Origin: an uncultured delta proteobacterium
Lineage (GTDB): Bacteria; Desulfobacterota; RBG-13-43-22
DNA length: 64,000 nt
Direction of reading: 5' to 3'
NCBI GenBank assembly: GCA_963802945.1
Contig: CAWDKY010000015.1
Coordinates: 32,001 to 96,000 of the forward strand
Below, piece after piece: positions 20,953 to 32,015 of this stretch. Position 1 is the stretch's first letter; each line of letters opens with the position of its first letter. The translations under genes were made by a program, and so were the position numbers. The notes below the pieces were generated by a model that made no database searches, was not told where the DNA came from, and saw nothing but the letters and a program-made list of their open reading frames with translations.

Positions 20953-21720
20953 ATGATTACGGCAGGGTTAGATATTGGTGCCAAGACTGTTAAGATTGTC
21001 ATTTTAAAAAATGATGACATTATAGGGCAGACTCTGGTTATGGCCGGATTTGATGTTCGGGAATCTTTAAAAAAGGCCTGGGAGGAAGTGTTGCCCAAGG
21101 CCAGGTTACAGATAAACCAGATTGACCGGATCGTGGCCACCGGGGCCGGCCGAAAAGCGGCTGATATGGCCCATGACCAGACCACCGAAGTGTCCGCCGG
21201 GGCCAAGGGGGCATTCTTTTTAAATAGCCAAGTCAGAACCGTAATCGATGTCGGGGCCGAGGAAGCCCGGGCGATAAAAATCAACGGCTCCGGCAAGGTA
21301 GTTGATTTTGCCATCAATGAAAAATGTGCCGCCGGTAGCGGGGCCTTTACCGAGGCCATGGCCCGGGCCCTGGAGGTTACCCTGGAAGAACTGGGTCCTT
21401 TATCTTTAAAAGCCACCCAGGCTGTGAATATGAATGCCCAGTGTGCTGTTTTTGCCGAATCGGAGTTGGTGTCTTTAGTTCATGCCAAAACCCCCAAAGC
21501 GGACATGGCCAGGGCGGTGCATGACGCCATAGCCGATCGGATCGTTTCCATGGTCCGAAGAGTGGGTATGCAAAAGGAGATTATGCTCATTGGAGGTCTG
21601 GCCAGGAATGTGGGATTTTTGGAGTCCCTGAAAAGGGAGTTGGAAACGGAAATCCTCATTCCGGAGAATCCAGAATTTGTAAGTGCCCTGGGGGCGGCCT
21701 TAATCGCCGCAGGCAAGTAA
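20953..21720 (+). CDS. bzdP: Class I benzoyl-CoA reductase ASKHA ATPase subunit (BzdP-like)
   Basis: GLDIGA, ATGAGR, IDVGAEE, NEKCAAGSG, QCAVFAES; adjacent to bzdQ. Confidence 0.7.
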   Translation: MITAGLDIGAKTVKIVILKNDDIIGQTLVMAGFDVRESLKKAWEEVLPKARLQINQIDRIVATGAGRKAADMAHDQTTEVSAGAKGAFFLNSQVRTVIDVGAEEARAIKINGSGKVVDFAINEKCAAGSGAFTEAMARALEVTLEELGPLSLKATQAVNMNAQCAVFAESELVSLVHAKTPKADMARAVHDAIADRIVSMVRRVGMQKEIMLIGGLARNVGFLESLKRELETEILIPENPEFVSALGAALIAAGK

Positions 21721-21832
21721 GTATAGGGTTAGGAGTTCAGAGTTCAGAGTAATTAGTTCGAATGCAGAAGGGTCGAATGATGGTTTTTCTCAGAACTCCG
21801 AACTAATCTTAAAAGGCACGAGAGAATGATGT

Positions 21833-22696
21833 ATGGCTGAAGAATTTTGGAGATGGACGGAATCCCGATGGACTGCACTGGATAAAGATTGGAAATCGGC
21901 CAAGGCCATAACTGCCGGAGTAGATGTCGGCTCGGTAAGTTCTCAGGCTGTTATTATGACCGACGGGCAGTTATATGCCTACAGCAATATGAGGACCGGT
22001 TCGGACAGTCCCAACAGCGCCATTAAGGCCATGAACTGGGCAATGGAAGGAACCGGGCTGACCTTGGAAAAAATCCAATATACCGTCGGTACCGGCTACG
22101 GCCGGGTTAACGTCCCTTTTTCCCAGCGGGCCATCACCGAGATTGCCTGTCATGGCCGGGGAGCCAATTTTATGTATGGCCCGACTGTACGCACGGTTTT
22201 GGATATGGGAGGACAGGATTGCAAGGCCATTCGCATCGATGAAAAGGGAAAGGTGACCAATTTTTTAATGAACGATAAATGTGCAGCCGGGACCGGCCGG
22301 GGCATGGAGGTCTTTGCCGATCTGTTGGGAGTTTCGGTCAATGAGATCGGAGAACTTTCCTTGAAAGTGGAAGAAGAACCTACCCCGGTGAGCAGTACCT
22401 GTGTGGTTTTTGCCAAGTCCGAGGCCTCGGGATTATTGAGAGAAGGTTGGCCCAAGGAGAAGGTCATTGCCGCTTACAGTTCGGCCATGGCCCATCGGGT
22501 AGTCACCCTGCTGCAACGGATCGGTGTGGAGCCGGACTTTGCCATCACCGGAGGGATTGCTAAAAATATCGGGGTGGTTTTAAGGCTGGAAAAGGAATTG
22601 AAGATCAAGGCCCTGACGCCAAAATATGATACCCAGATCGCCGGTGCGGTCGGGGCCGCCCTGTTCGCCAGGGAGTTGGTGGAAAAGGAAAAATAA
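21833..22696 (+). CDS. bzdQ: Class I benzoyl-CoA reductase ATPase subunit Q (bzd-type)
   Basis: Trp-rich N-terminus EFWRWTESRW, GVDVGSVSSQ, GTGYGR, DMGGQD, NDKCAAGTG, STCVVFA. Confidence 0.85.
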   Translation: MAEEFWRWTESRWTALDKDWKSAKAITAGVDVGSVSSQAVIMTDGQLYAYSNMRTGSDSPNSAIKAMNWAMEGTGLTLEKIQYTVGTGYGRVNVPFSQRAITEIACHGRGANFMYGPTVRTVLDMGGQDCKAIRIDEKGKVTNFLMNDKCAAGTGRGMEVFADLLGVSVNEIGELSLKVEEEPTPVSSTCVVFAKSEASGLLREGWPKEKVIAAYSSAMAHRVVTLLQRIGVEPDFAITGGIAKNIGVVLRLEKELKIKALTPKYDTQIAGAVGAALFARELVEKEK

Positions 22697-22881
22697 TAAA
22701 GAAAAGGTGTAAGGCGCAAGGTTTGAGGTCCAAGGTAAAATCTTACACCTTAAATCGTAACCATAAGCCGGTCATCTGGTGCAAAGTATAAGGGAAGGTC
22801 TGTTAAGGAACTGATCCAAAGGTTTCCTTTTGACCTTACACCTCATACCTTGAACCTTGGACCTTACACCCAGGGTTTATT

Positions 22882-23172
22882 ATGATTGCCAATTTCGGAT
22901 ACAAGGACGGTTCCGGAGATTTTTTTATCAGTATCGATACGGATAAATGCAATGGTTGCGGAGACTGTGTCCCGGCCTGTCCGGCAGACATCTTTGAGGT
23001 TCGGGACGAGGACCCCAATGACCCTTTCCGGGAAATACCGGTTGTAGCCATAAAGGAATCGGATCGAAAAAAAATCAAATATGCCTGCGGCCCGTGCAAA
23101 CCGGTTTCGGATCGCCCTCCTCTGACTTGTGTGGGGGCCTGTAAGGCAGGGGCCATCGCCCATTCGTGGTAA
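22882..23172 (+). CDS. 2x[4Fe-4S] ferredoxin of bzd-type clusters
   Basis: CNGCGDCVPACP and CGPC..CVGAC. Confidence 0.85.
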   Translation: MIANFGYKDGSGDFFISIDTDKCNGCGDCVPACPADIFEVRDEDPNDPFREIPVVAIKESDRKKIKYACGPCKPVSDRPPLTCVGACKAGAIAHSW

Positions 23173-23249
23173 TAAAGTTTGGAGTTTAGAGTTCGGAGAA
23201 AAACAAAGTATTTAAGGAAAGCCGTGCACCCTGGGCCACAGGAATTTTT

Positions 23250-23465
23250 ATGAACCGACAGGATCAATTAACAGCCGAAGGCTGGATTAAACAATTCACC
23301 ACCGACGAGCCGCGGTTGTCCGAGGCGGTGGAAGAATATAAAGAACTGGGATTCGAGGTCTTACTTGAACCGATAGATCCACAGGAATTGTCCGGGGAAT
23401 GCACATCCTGCCTTATGGCATCATGCGACCGCCACAAAACTATTTACACCCGTCGAACGAAATAA
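23250..23465 (+). CDS. Small hypothetical protein with CxxC
   Basis: 71 aa ORF, 'EPRLSEAVEEYKELGFEV', CTSC; co-oriented with bzdPQ. Confidence 0.65.
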   Translation: MNRQDQLTAEGWIKQFTTDEPRLSEAVEEYKELGFEVLLEPIDPQELSGECTSCLMASCDRHKTIYTRRTK

Positions 23466-23531
23466 GACCTGGCTCTTCCAACCCTTTAAAAATTTTACGA
23501 TTGTCGATTCCTTGTCTGGTTCAAGCAAAGA

Positions 23532-25079
23532 TCAGGGAATCACTTCCATCCCCTTCCAGGCATCAAGCTCTTCGCGGGCCGGATCGTTTTCTACATAACA
23601 GGGCGTATCAAATATCATAGTCGCCCGGTCTTTAAGGGAATAGGCCGGCCAATTCGGCATTCCCGGATAGTTGGGGTCTCCCTGGCGGGCAAAGGCCGCC
23701 CAGCTACGGCTCATAATCGCAGCCAGTTCATTCCGGTCCGGTTTTGAACCGGTCAGCGGTAAGACGTCCACATTATCAAACACGAATGGAATTTCCAGGG
23801 CATGGCAGGCATTGAAAAGATAGCCCTTATAATCGGATTCCCATCGGAATAGGTACATAAAGACCGGGGCTGTGCCGGCGGCCAGTTTGTTTTCCGCCAG
23901 CCGGATGCATCCCAACCTTCGATCCTCGCTCAAGATGCCGACATACAGATCCCAGGGGGTGGCTTTGGGCCGCGTTTTCTGATAGGTGGCAATGAGGTGG
24001 TCTGCCTTTTCACCAAAGGCCGCGGTCAGCCGTTCGCGCAGTTCCTGTTCGGTAAGGCGGCGACGTCTGGGGTCTATAGCCACGAACAAGGCCGCTTCAT
24101 CCCGGTTTGAGCCGATAATGAGCGGAACGTCGTTAAGGGACGGCGAGACCACAGGATCGAAGGGATGGGCAGGTAGATAAAGACCGTCCCTAACAGGGGC
24201 CAACAGCAATATCGGACCGGCGATTTCACTGATTATTTTAGAAGCACCTGCTGGTGCAGGCAACTTGAGTACGGCATTCAACACTTGCTGGGCCGGCAGT
24301 TCCTGCATTTTTTTTATCTCGTCAGTCTTGATGCCTAATAGGGCCAGTAAACGCTCGGCCAATTCGGTGGCCACCTTGGGATCCCGCCCACGCAACCCCG
24401 GGCTGCTCTGGATGATGGCCCGATGGAACAGGCCTTTGGCCGAGGGCATGGTCATCAACAGGCTGACCTTCCTGCCACCGCCGGACTCTCCGAATATGGT
24501 CACATTCTGAGGGTCGCCACCAAAGGCGGCGATATTGTCTCTGACCCACTGAAGGGCCAGTACGATATCCAGCATCCCGGCCATCCCTGAGGCAGCGAAC
24601 TCTTCCCCGGCGATTTCTGCCAGATATAAATAACCAAAAGCGTTCAGCCGGTGGTTAATGGTAACCACAACCACATCATTCCCTTTGGCCAGGGCTGTAC
24701 CATGATAGAGCGACTCGGAACCGGCTCCGCTGGCAAAACCCCCTCCGTGGAGCCAAACCATTACCGGTCGTTTTCCGCCGTCGCCTGCAGCCGGCGTCCA
24801 AACATTCAGGACTAAACAATCTTCACTCACAGAAAATATCTGGTTTTCTCCCAGGCCATCGTTCTGCGGCGGATTTACCAATCTTCCGAACTGTGGGCAA
24901 ATCGGTCCGAAGGATGTGGTATCCCGCACACCCGCCCATGGTGTAGCCGGCAGCGGCGCCTTGAATCGGCGCTTGCCGCCGGTAGGTGCGCCGTAGGGTA
25001 TCCCCTTAAAAGACAGGATATCCTGTTCCATCGCCCCGCGGACTTTTCCGCTGGTAGTCCCCACAATAATTTCGCTCAT
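23532..25079 (-). CDS. Carboxylesterase type B
   Basis: [19 protein letters not shown] nucleophile, CHALEIP. Confidence 0.93.
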   Translation of the reverse strand: MSEIIVGTTSGKVRGAMEQDILSFKGIPYGAPTGGKRRFKAPLPATPWAGVRDTTSFGPICPQFGRLVNPPQNDGLGENQIFSVSEDCLVLNVWTPAAGDGGKRPVMVWLHGGGFASGAGSESLYHGTALAKGNDVVVVTINHRLNAFGYLYLAEIAGEEFAASGMAGMLDIVLALQWVRDNIAAFGGDPQNVTIFGESGGGRKVSLLMTMPSAKGLFHRAIIQSSPGLRGRDPKVATELAERLLALLGIKTDEIKKMQELPAQQVLNAVLKLPAPAGASKIISEIAGPILLLAPVRDGLYLPAHPFDPVVSPSLNDVPLIIGSNRDEAALFVAIDPRRRRLTEQELRERLTAAFGEKADHLIATYQKTRPKATPWDLYVGILSEDRRLGCIRLAENKLAAGTAPVFMYLFRWESDYKGYLFNACHALEIPFVFDNVDVLPLTGSKPDRNELAAIMSRSWAAFARQGDPNYPGMPNWPAYSLKDRATMIFDTPCYVENDPAREELDAWKGMEVIP

Positions 25080-25398
25080 AGTCCGATCCTTCTTGAATTG
25101 GTCTAAGACTATTATGAGATCCTTGAGTATGTCAAATTTTTTTTATCTGGCTTTATTGGTCGGGTAATAAGCGGTACTTTCGATATGTTAACAGAAGCCT
25201 CAAGGGAAAAAGGAAGAAAAACAGAAAATGATGATCTACAATTTTTTTTTGACCAAGCCCCCGGGAAAGGTTATGATAAGATAATGACGAGACAGATAGG
25301 CCTTTTTGTTCGACCCACATCCTGTCTCACTCCCACCCCTTCGGGGCGGGACCCAGTTTCAGCAACCTGCTAATTTCATAGAAAGGGGTTATTTATTT

Positions 25399-26349
25399 AT
25401 GGCTAAAGTCAATACTGTTCTTGGACCAATAGATACCGGAGACCTGGGATTCACCCTGATGCACGAACACCTGCTCTGCGCCTTTCCTAATGCCGTCACC
25501 GAATACCCGGACATACTCGTGCCGAATGTTCTGGAATATGTCGTGGCCAAATTGAAACGGGCCAAGGCCGGCGGGGTAAATACGGTGGTGGATATGACCA
25601 CGCTCGATCTCGGCCGGGATATCAACTTTATCAAGGAAGCATCCAAACAAAGCGGCGTCAATATCATTGCCTGCACAGGCTGGTGGCTGGATGTCCCACG
25701 TTTCGTCAGCGGGATCATGGGCAGCGTCACCGCTGCCCAGATGGCGGAATCGTTTGTGCGTGAGATTGACAAAGGGATCGGGGACTCGGGTATCAAACCG
25801 GGCGTGCTGAAATCGGCCAGCGATGTCGGCGGTGTGACTCCGCCGCAGGAGATGGCCCTTCGGGCGGTGGCCAAGGCGCATCTTAAAACCGGTGTACCTA
25901 TCGTTATTCATTCCTATCATCCGGGGCAGGTCGCTAAAGAGCAGATCAATATTCTCAAGGATGAAGGGGTCAACCTCAAGAACGTCAAGGTCGACCACTG
26001 CAACGACACAACGGATGTGGAATATCTGGAGTGGATTTTGAAACAGGGGTGTTACCTGGGCCTGGACCGTTATCCGGGGCGCATGGTCAGCCCCAGGTCA
26101 CGCACAAAGACATTGAAGGCGCTGATTGATGACGGTTATATCGACAGGCTCTGCCCTTCCCATGATTGTATCCTGTCTTATGTTCTGCCCGCCGGAATGA
26201 CGACAGAACAGTACGAGGTCTTAAATCCCCACCGCTATCTCTACCTAACGAATGTGGTCTTCCCCTGGTTGAAGGAGATGGGTGTGTCGGAGGCTAAGAT
26301 CAACCAGCTCTGTGTTGTTGGACCCAGGAATTTCTTAGAAGGGAAATAA
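25399..26349 (+). CDS. Phosphotriesterase-related amidohydrolase
   Basis: TLMHEHL, VLK, IHS, DHC, SHD metal ligands; start ATG 25399 after AAGGGG. Confidence 0.9.
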   Translation: MAKVNTVLGPIDTGDLGFTLMHEHLLCAFPNAVTEYPDILVPNVLEYVVAKLKRAKAGGVNTVVDMTTLDLGRDINFIKEASKQSGVNIIACTGWWLDVPRFVSGIMGSVTAAQMAESFVREIDKGIGDSGIKPGVLKSASDVGGVTPPQEMALRAVAKAHLKTGVPIVIHSYHPGQVAKEQINILKDEGVNLKNVKVDHCNDTTDVEYLEWILKQGCYLGLDRYPGRMVSPRSRTKTLKALIDDGYIDRLCPSHDCILSYVLPAGMTTEQYEVLNPHRYLYLTNVVFPWLKEMGVSEAKINQLCVVGPRNFLEGK

Positions 26350-26351
26350 AA

Positions 26352-27464
26352 ATGGACTCGAAAGTATTTGAACCGATAAAGATAAATAATTTAGAATTAA
26401 AAAACCGAGTGATGCGTTCAGCGACCTGGGACGGCTCAGCGGATGAAGACGGTGGAGTGACGGATGATTCCTTCAAAAGATATCAAGAGCTGGGCCGGGG
26501 AGATATCGGCCTCATTGTCACCGGATACGCCTTTGTTTCTCACCCGCTGGGGCAGGCCAACCCTGGCCAGTACGGCATTTACAGCGACAGTCTCATCCCC
26601 GGATGGAAACGACTGGTCAAAGCCGTTCACCAGGCCGGTAAAAGTAAAATCGCCATGCAGATTGTCCATGCAGGAATCAATTCCCGTTATCTGGTCCAGA
26701 GAGGCTATAACCTGCTTGCGGTGTCAAAAATGCCGGAATTAAAACGCCCACACCATGAGATGACCGATGAAGAGATCACAAAGATAATCGATGATTTTGC
26801 CAAAGCGGCAATTAGGGTAAGGGAAGCCGGGTTTGATGCCGTCCAGTTGCACGGCGCCCACGGCTACCTGATGAGCCAGCTCGTCTCGCCGATTTACAAC
26901 CGAAGGACAGACCGCTGGGGTGGAAGCCCTGGAAAACGGCGTCGATTTCATATTGAAATTATCCGTAGAATTCGGAAAACCGTGGGGGATGATTTTCCGT
27001 TGATGATTAAGTTTGGTGCCCGGGATGACTATAAAGGGGGGATGCCTTTATCCGAGGGGCTGGCGACTTGCGGGCAAATGGAGAAGGCGGGGATCGACAG
27101 CATCGAAGTCAGCATCGGGGTGGGTGCAGGATCGGCGGTACTTACCAAGGGTAAACTGGATAAGGTCATTTTCCGAGAGAATGCGGCGGCGGTTAAAAAA
27201 GCGGTGAAGGTGCCGGTGGCGGTGGTGAGCGGCATTCGCAGTTTTCAAATGGCTGAGGATATTATCACCAGTAACGATGCGGATATGGTCTCCCTGTGCC
27301 GCCCGTTTATCCGCGAGCCGCACCTGATTTCCCGCTGGCTGAAGGGAGATACCCGTTCGGCCGCCTGTATCTCCTGTAACAGATGTTTCCCGATCTTAAG
27401 GCGGGGGGAACCGTTGGAGTGTGGCGAAGAGAGAAGGCTAAGAAGAAAAGGAAAGCGGCCCTAA
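26352..27464 (+). CDS. NADH:flavin oxidoreductase (old yellow enzyme family)
   Basis: LKNRVMRSAT, QLHGAHGYL, NRRTDRWGGS, CISCNRC. Confidence 0.92.
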   Translation: MDSKVFEPIKINNLELKNRVMRSATWDGSADEDGGVTDDSFKRYQELGRGDIGLIVTGYAFVSHPLGQANPGQYGIYSDSLIPGWKRLVKAVHQAGKSKIAMQIVHAGINSRYLVQRGYNLLAVSKMPELKRPHHEMTDEEITKIIDDFAKAAIRVREAGFDAVQLHGAHGYLMSQLVSPIYNRRTDRWGGSPGKRRRFHIEIIRRIRKTVGDDFPLMIKFGARDDYKGGMPLSEGLATCGQMEKAGIDSIEVSIGVGAGSAVLTKGKLDKVIFRENAAAVKKAVKVPVAVVSGIRSFQMAEDIITSNDADMVSLCRPFIREPHLISRWLKGDTRSAACISCNRCFPILRRGEPLECGEERRLRRKGKRP

Positions 27465-27796
27465 TCCGATATCCAAACAAAATAGCTTAATGGAATAAGC
27501 GTTCCTGTGCCTCATGCCGACCCCCTCTGTCCCCTTGCTTTCCGCTCTGCTTTTCTCCTTGACGGTTTTTTCCCCTTGTTTTATAATTTTAGCATCAAAA
27601 AGGAATTTCTTATCAAAAAGCGGTCGAAATGACAGATGAAGCACGATGGCAGTAAGCAATTTTTATCGAGACCTTCGGTGAATGATAATATCTCTCGCCC
27701 TAAAAAGGCGCTAGCCAAGTCGCTCTTGAATTGCTTGATTCATGATATCCTTGTCCGGACCCATTTTTGTGGGTACTCTCCCATCGGGATCGCGAT

Positions 27797-29257
27797 ATGA
27801 CTAAAAACACTCTGTTCGACGTTGCCATTATCGGCGGCGGTGTTGTCGGTTGTTCCATCGCTCGAGAGCTGTCTCGTTTCCATTTGCGCGTGGTGCTGTT
27901 GGAGTTGCACGAAGAGGTGGGGTTCGGCACGAGCAAAACCAATAGCGGTATTATTCACGCCGGACATCACGACAGCCCCGCGACCTTAAAGGGCCAACTG
28001 GTGGTTAGAGGAAACGCTCTGTTCGACGAATTGGCCCACGACCTCCAATTCGGGTTTCGGCGCTCTGGAGAGCTCCTGGTGGCCAAGGACGAGTCCGAAA
28101 TTCCGATTTTGAAACAGCTCGAAGAGCAGGGTAAAGCCAAGGGCGTTCCAGGGCTTGAGATATGGGACCGCGAACGCCTTCTTAAAGAAGAGCCCAACCT
28201 CTCCCATAAATTGGCGGCCGCGCTGCACGCGCCTTCCGCCGCAGTCATCAATCCCTATGAGTTCGTGTACGCGCTCATGGAAAATGCGCGGGTAAACGGG
28301 GTACAGCTTTTGGTGAACAGTCCGGTTACCGGAATCGAGTGTCTCGATAGGGTGCTCCGGCTGCAGACGCCCAACCAAGCGGTGACGGCGAAGTACGTGC
28401 TCAACTGCGCCGGGGTATTCGCGGATCAAATCGCGGCCATGGCTGATGCCAAGGGATTTTCCATTCGTCCTCGAAAGGGCGAAGAATATATGCTGGACAA
28501 GCGGCTTCACGGCCTTGTACGCCGGATCATCTTCCCCGTCCCGAGCAAGAATACCAAGGGCATTCTGATCATCCCGACCTACGACGGCACCATCATGGTC
28601 GGTCCCACGGCCGAGGATACGGACGACCGGTTTGACCTATCAACCACTGATAAGGGGGCCGAGCAGGTCTTTTCGGCTATCAGACAAATCTGCCCGAGCA
28701 TTACCGCGCGCGATACGATTACCGAGTTTGCGGGCTTGAGAGCGGTGGCCAACACGAACGATTTTGTGATTGGGCCGGCAGGATTTGACGGTTTTATCAA
28801 TGTAGCCGGCATCCAGTCGCCGGGGTTGACCAGCGCGCCCGCTATCGCCGAATACGTCCGCGACCTGCTTCGGGACCGCGGCCTCGAGCTCAACGAGCGT
28901 CAGGACTTCAAACCACGGGAGTCCGGACTTTCGAGGTTTGCCGCCATGAGCGTCGAGGAACAAGCCGAGGCCATCGCCAGAGACCGCCACTTCGCTAGGG
29001 TAGTTTGCCGGTGCGAGTTGGTGACCGAGGCCGAGATCAATCAGGCGGTCGACCATGGTGCCAGAACGTTGGACGGAATCAAGTTCCGCACTCGGGCGGG
29101 CATGGGACGCTGTCAGGGCGGTTTCTGCACCACACGATGCATGGATATCCTGTCCAGACGATTGATGATACCTATGCACCAGGTGACAAAAAGGGGCGGT
29201 GATTCCTGGATCGTTACCGAGATGTCGGGACCGCAGCATCCCGAGGAGAAGGAATAA
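27797..29257 (+). CDS. FAD-dependent oxidoreductase (LhgO/GlpA-like) with C-terminal BFD-like 2Fe-2S
   Basis: IIGGGVVG, TSKTNSGIIHAG, GIQSPGLT, VCRCE, GRCQGGFC. Confidence 0.88.
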   Translation: MTKNTLFDVAIIGGGVVGCSIARELSRFHLRVVLLELHEEVGFGTSKTNSGIIHAGHHDSPATLKGQLVVRGNALFDELAHDLQFGFRRSGELLVAKDESEIPILKQLEEQGKAKGVPGLEIWDRERLLKEEPNLSHKLAAALHAPSAAVINPYEFVYALMENARVNGVQLLVNSPVTGIECLDRVLRLQTPNQAVTAKYVLNCAGVFADQIAAMADAKGFSIRPRKGEEYMLDKRLHGLVRRIIFPVPSKNTKGILIIPTYDGTIMVGPTAEDTDDRFDLSTTDKGAEQVFSAIRQICPSITARDTITEFAGLRAVANTNDFVIGPAGFDGFINVAGIQSPGLTSAPAIAEYVRDLLRDRGLELNERQDFKPRESGLSRFAAMSVEEQAEAIARDRHFARVVCRCELVTEAEINQAVDHGARTLDGIKFRTRAGMGRCQGGFCTTRCMDILSRRLMIPMHQVTKRGGDSWIVTEMSGPQHPEEKE

Positions 29258-30550
29258 ATGTTAGACCGCATTCGTGAGCGATACGATGTCGTAGTCGTTG
29301 GCGGAGGGCCGGCTGGAATGGGCGCGGCTTTCGGCGCGAGAGACTCGGGTGCCCAGCGGATTCTGATTTTAGATAGAGAGCCGGAGGCCGGCGGAATTCT
29401 CAATCAATGTATCCATTCGGGTTTTGGTCTGCATTACTTCAAAGAGGAACTCACGGGTCCGGAGTATGCCGAGAGGTTTCTATCCAGGGTTCTAGAGCAT
29501 GATGTGGACATCGGTTGCAGTTGCTATGTGTCCGGGATAGGTATCGATTCGGACGGCACCAAGAGTGTCCGAGTGATGAGCGAAGAGCGGGGGCTGGTAA
29601 CCGTGGAGACCCGTTCCGTGGTCTTGTCCATGGGCTGCCGCGAACGTACCAGAGGTTCCATCCGCATACCCGGTTCACGCCCGGCAGGGGTGATTACCGC
29701 CGGCTCGGCCCAAAAGTTCGTCAATAGGCTCGGCTATTTGCCGGGCAAGCGAATCGTTATCCTCGGGTCCGGCGATATCGGTCTCATCATGGCGCGACGG
29801 CTTATTTTAGAGGGCTGTGAGGTAGCGGGCGTCTTCGAAATCATGCCTTACTCAAACGGGCTCACTCGAAACGTGGTCCAATGCTTAAACGATTTCGGCA
29901 TCCCGCTTCACCTTTCGACTACGGTGACCAAAATCCACGGCCGCGATCGAGTCGAGCATGTAACTGTGGCTCCGGTCGATGAAAAGTTTGTTCCCTATAC
30001 GGATCGAAGCTGGGACGTGCCCTGCGATACGCTCATGATGTCCGTTGGGCTTATCCCGGAGAACGAGCTTTCGCTCAGTCTGGGCATTCACCTTGACGAG
30101 ATAACAAACGGTCCGAAAGTGTCGAGCACGCTTGAGACTAGCATGCCGGGAGTATTCGCCTGCGGTAACGTGCTACATGTACACGATATAGTTGATTACG
30201 TGACTCAGGAATCGCTTTTGGCCGGGCAGTTTTCAGGCGAATGGGCGCAGGGTATCCGAAGACCTCGGGATAATATTCAACTGGTCGCCGGAGACAATGT
30301 CCGTTACTGTGTCCCTCATACCCTCAGCCCCGAACGAGAGCATACCCTTTATATGCGGTGCAAAAAGGCGATGAAGCCGTGCATCCTTCGAGTGGGAAAT
30401 CTCATGGAGAAAAAACTCCGTTTTGTGGTGCCGGCCGAGATGATTATGCTCAAGCTCAAACCGGATATTCTTGAGGAGTTTCACGGAGAAGCCTTGCGGA
30501 TCGATATCGTTCCGGCGGAGGGCCCTGACGTTGGAGGTATCGATGATTGA
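29258..30550 (+). CDS. NAD(P)/FAD-dependent oxidoreductase, partner of GlpA-like subunit
   Basis: [32 protein letters not shown]. Confidence 0.88.
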   Translation: MLDRIRERYDVVVVGGGPAGMGAAFGARDSGAQRILILDREPEAGGILNQCIHSGFGLHYFKEELTGPEYAERFLSRVLEHDVDIGCSCYVSGIGIDSDGTKSVRVMSEERGLVTVETRSVVLSMGCRERTRGSIRIPGSRPAGVITAGSAQKFVNRLGYLPGKRIVILGSGDIGLIMARRLILEGCEVAGVFEIMPYSNGLTRNVVQCLNDFGIPLHLSTTVTKIHGRDRVEHVTVAPVDEKFVPYTDRSWDVPCDTLMMSVGLIPENELSLSLGIHLDEITNGPKVSSTLETSMPGVFACGNVLHVHDIVDYVTQESLLAGQFSGEWAQGIRRPRDNIQLVAGDNVRYCVPHTLSPEREHTLYMRCKKAMKPCILRVGNLMEKKLRFVVPAEMIMLKLKPDILEEFHGEALRIDIVPAEGPDVGGIDD

Positions 30551-30920
30551 AACCGCGGAGTTCACTTGCATCCGCTGTCCCATGGGTTGTCCGCTGCGGT
30601 TGGAACACGAGGGCAAAAAAATCATCGAGGTATCGGGCAATCAGTGTCAGAGAGGCGCGAAGTACGCCCAACAGGAATTCACCGAGCCTGAGCGAGGGTT
30701 GAGCACCACGGTGGCTATCTCCAACGGCCAATGGGACCGCCTCCCGGTAAAAACAAGTATCCCGGTTCATAAGAACAAGGTATTAGAGGCCGCGCGAGAA
30801 ATCCACAGATTGGGTCGCGTACACGCGCCTATTGAGATAGGACAAGTGCTGATCAAAGACCTACTTGGAGAGCCCGGTCTTGACGTCGTGGCGACGCGGT
30901 CTATTGCCTTACGGAAATAA
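30543..30920 (+). CDS. DUF1667-like CxxC small subunit
   Basis: [20 protein letters not shown]; GGAGG before ATG 30543. Confidence 0.8.
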   Translation: MIETAEFTCIRCPMGCPLRLEHEGKKIIEVSGNQCQRGAKYAQQEFTEPERGLSTTVAISNGQWDRLPVKTSIPVHKNKVLEAAREIHRLGRVHAPIEIGQVLIKDLLGEPGLDVVATRSIALRK

Positions 30921-31009
30921 ACAGGATCGCCTGTCTCACGAAATGTATATTCGGGGAGTACCAGTTATTTCACAAATCTTCTTCCTTATCCTGCCTAAGC
31001 AAATATACT

Positions 31010-31717
31010 CTATTCCACGAGTTCAGATAGGTCATGGATAATCCTGTCCGGGATGATGTTCGCTGAAGTGGGAAGCCCTTGTCTTGAAAAATCATTCCAG
31101 ATGCTAAAAATACCCAGTTTTTGCGGGGCCCCCACATCAAATTCTAGATTGTCCCCCACAGCCCAGACTTCATCCGGACCAAGTTCCAACTCGCTCATCG
31201 CCCGCCGGTAAACCTCTTCCTCAGGCTTTCCATATCCCATTTCTCCCTCAATAAGAATGCTCTTAAAAAACCTTTCCAGATTAAAGCGCTTAACCTTATT
31301 TCTTTGTTTTCGGGCTTCGCCGTTGGTCATCAAGGCTAAAAAAATATTTTGGCCAGTCAAATAGTCAAGGGTCTCCTCGGCCTTTTCAAAGAGATAAATC
31401 GCTTCCTCTCTTTGGACGGAAAAGGCATCGGCAATTTCCCGGGCCAAGGAAAGATCGTTTATACCTAATCCCCTAAAGGCCTGTAGGACTATCAACCTTC
31501 GGGCACTGTTGAGATCTCGGCGGCCGGTTTTATGGCGTTCTCTGTCTGACCAGTACCACCTGCTTACTTTTTGGATCTCCTGGAAAAGTTGGTTCGGGGT
31601 TACGGAATCTATTTGACCGGCAAAATCGACACAGACCTTTCTCCAGGTCGGTTCAGCTACCGAAGAGTAGGAAATGATCGTATCATCCAGATCTATTAAT
31701 ATTCCTTTAGGAAGCAT
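31010..31717 (-). CDS. HAD-superfamily hydrolase
   Basis: DLDDT, TNG, KP, VGDN motifs; start ATG 31717. Confidence 0.9.
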   Translation of the reverse strand: MLPKGILIDLDDTIISYSSVAEPTWRKVCVDFAGQIDSVTPNQLFQEIQKVSRWYWSDRERHKTGRRDLNSARRLIVLQAFRGLGINDLSLAREIADAFSVQREEAIYLFEKAEETLDYLTGQNIFLALMTNGEARKQRNKVKRFNLERFFKSILIEGEMGYGKPEEEVYRRAMSELELGPDEVWAVGDNLEFDVGAPQKLGIFSIWNDFSRQGLPTSANIIPDRIIHDLSELVE

Positions 31718-31727
31718 ATCGTGACAG

Positions 31728-31903
31728 TTTCGTAAAAAGTCCTTCTGTCCCGGGCTTCGCGGGACTGCGCTGCACCCTGCCCTGTCCTTCGCCGTGCCAG
31801 GTTTATTGCGGCCTGCTTCTTGGTACGCCTTTTTCCTCACGTTTGGCGCGCCTGGCATCTATGCCTATTTATTGTGCCGCTCCTTTCGATGACTTTTTAC
31901 AAG
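31728..31903. repeat. MITE-like intergenic element with terminal inverted repeats
   Basis: cgtaaaaagtc ... gactttttac termini; similar termini bracket REP copies near 6435-6572 and 57680. Confidence 0.55.
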
Positions 31904-31940
31904 TGCTTTTGCTATGATCTCTAAGATAAGCTTTTTGATA

Positions 31941-31969
31941 TTGACAGAAAATAATGAGGCGGCTATAAT
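31941..31969 (+). promoter_or_regulatory. Consensus sigma70 promoter for LysR (overlapping divergent -35)
   Basis: TTGACA-N17-TATAAT; TGTCAA at 31971-31976. Confidence 0.7.
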
Positions 31970-32015
31970 TTGTCAAATTAATAATTATTATATTATTTAT
32001 TAGGAAAACGAATAA

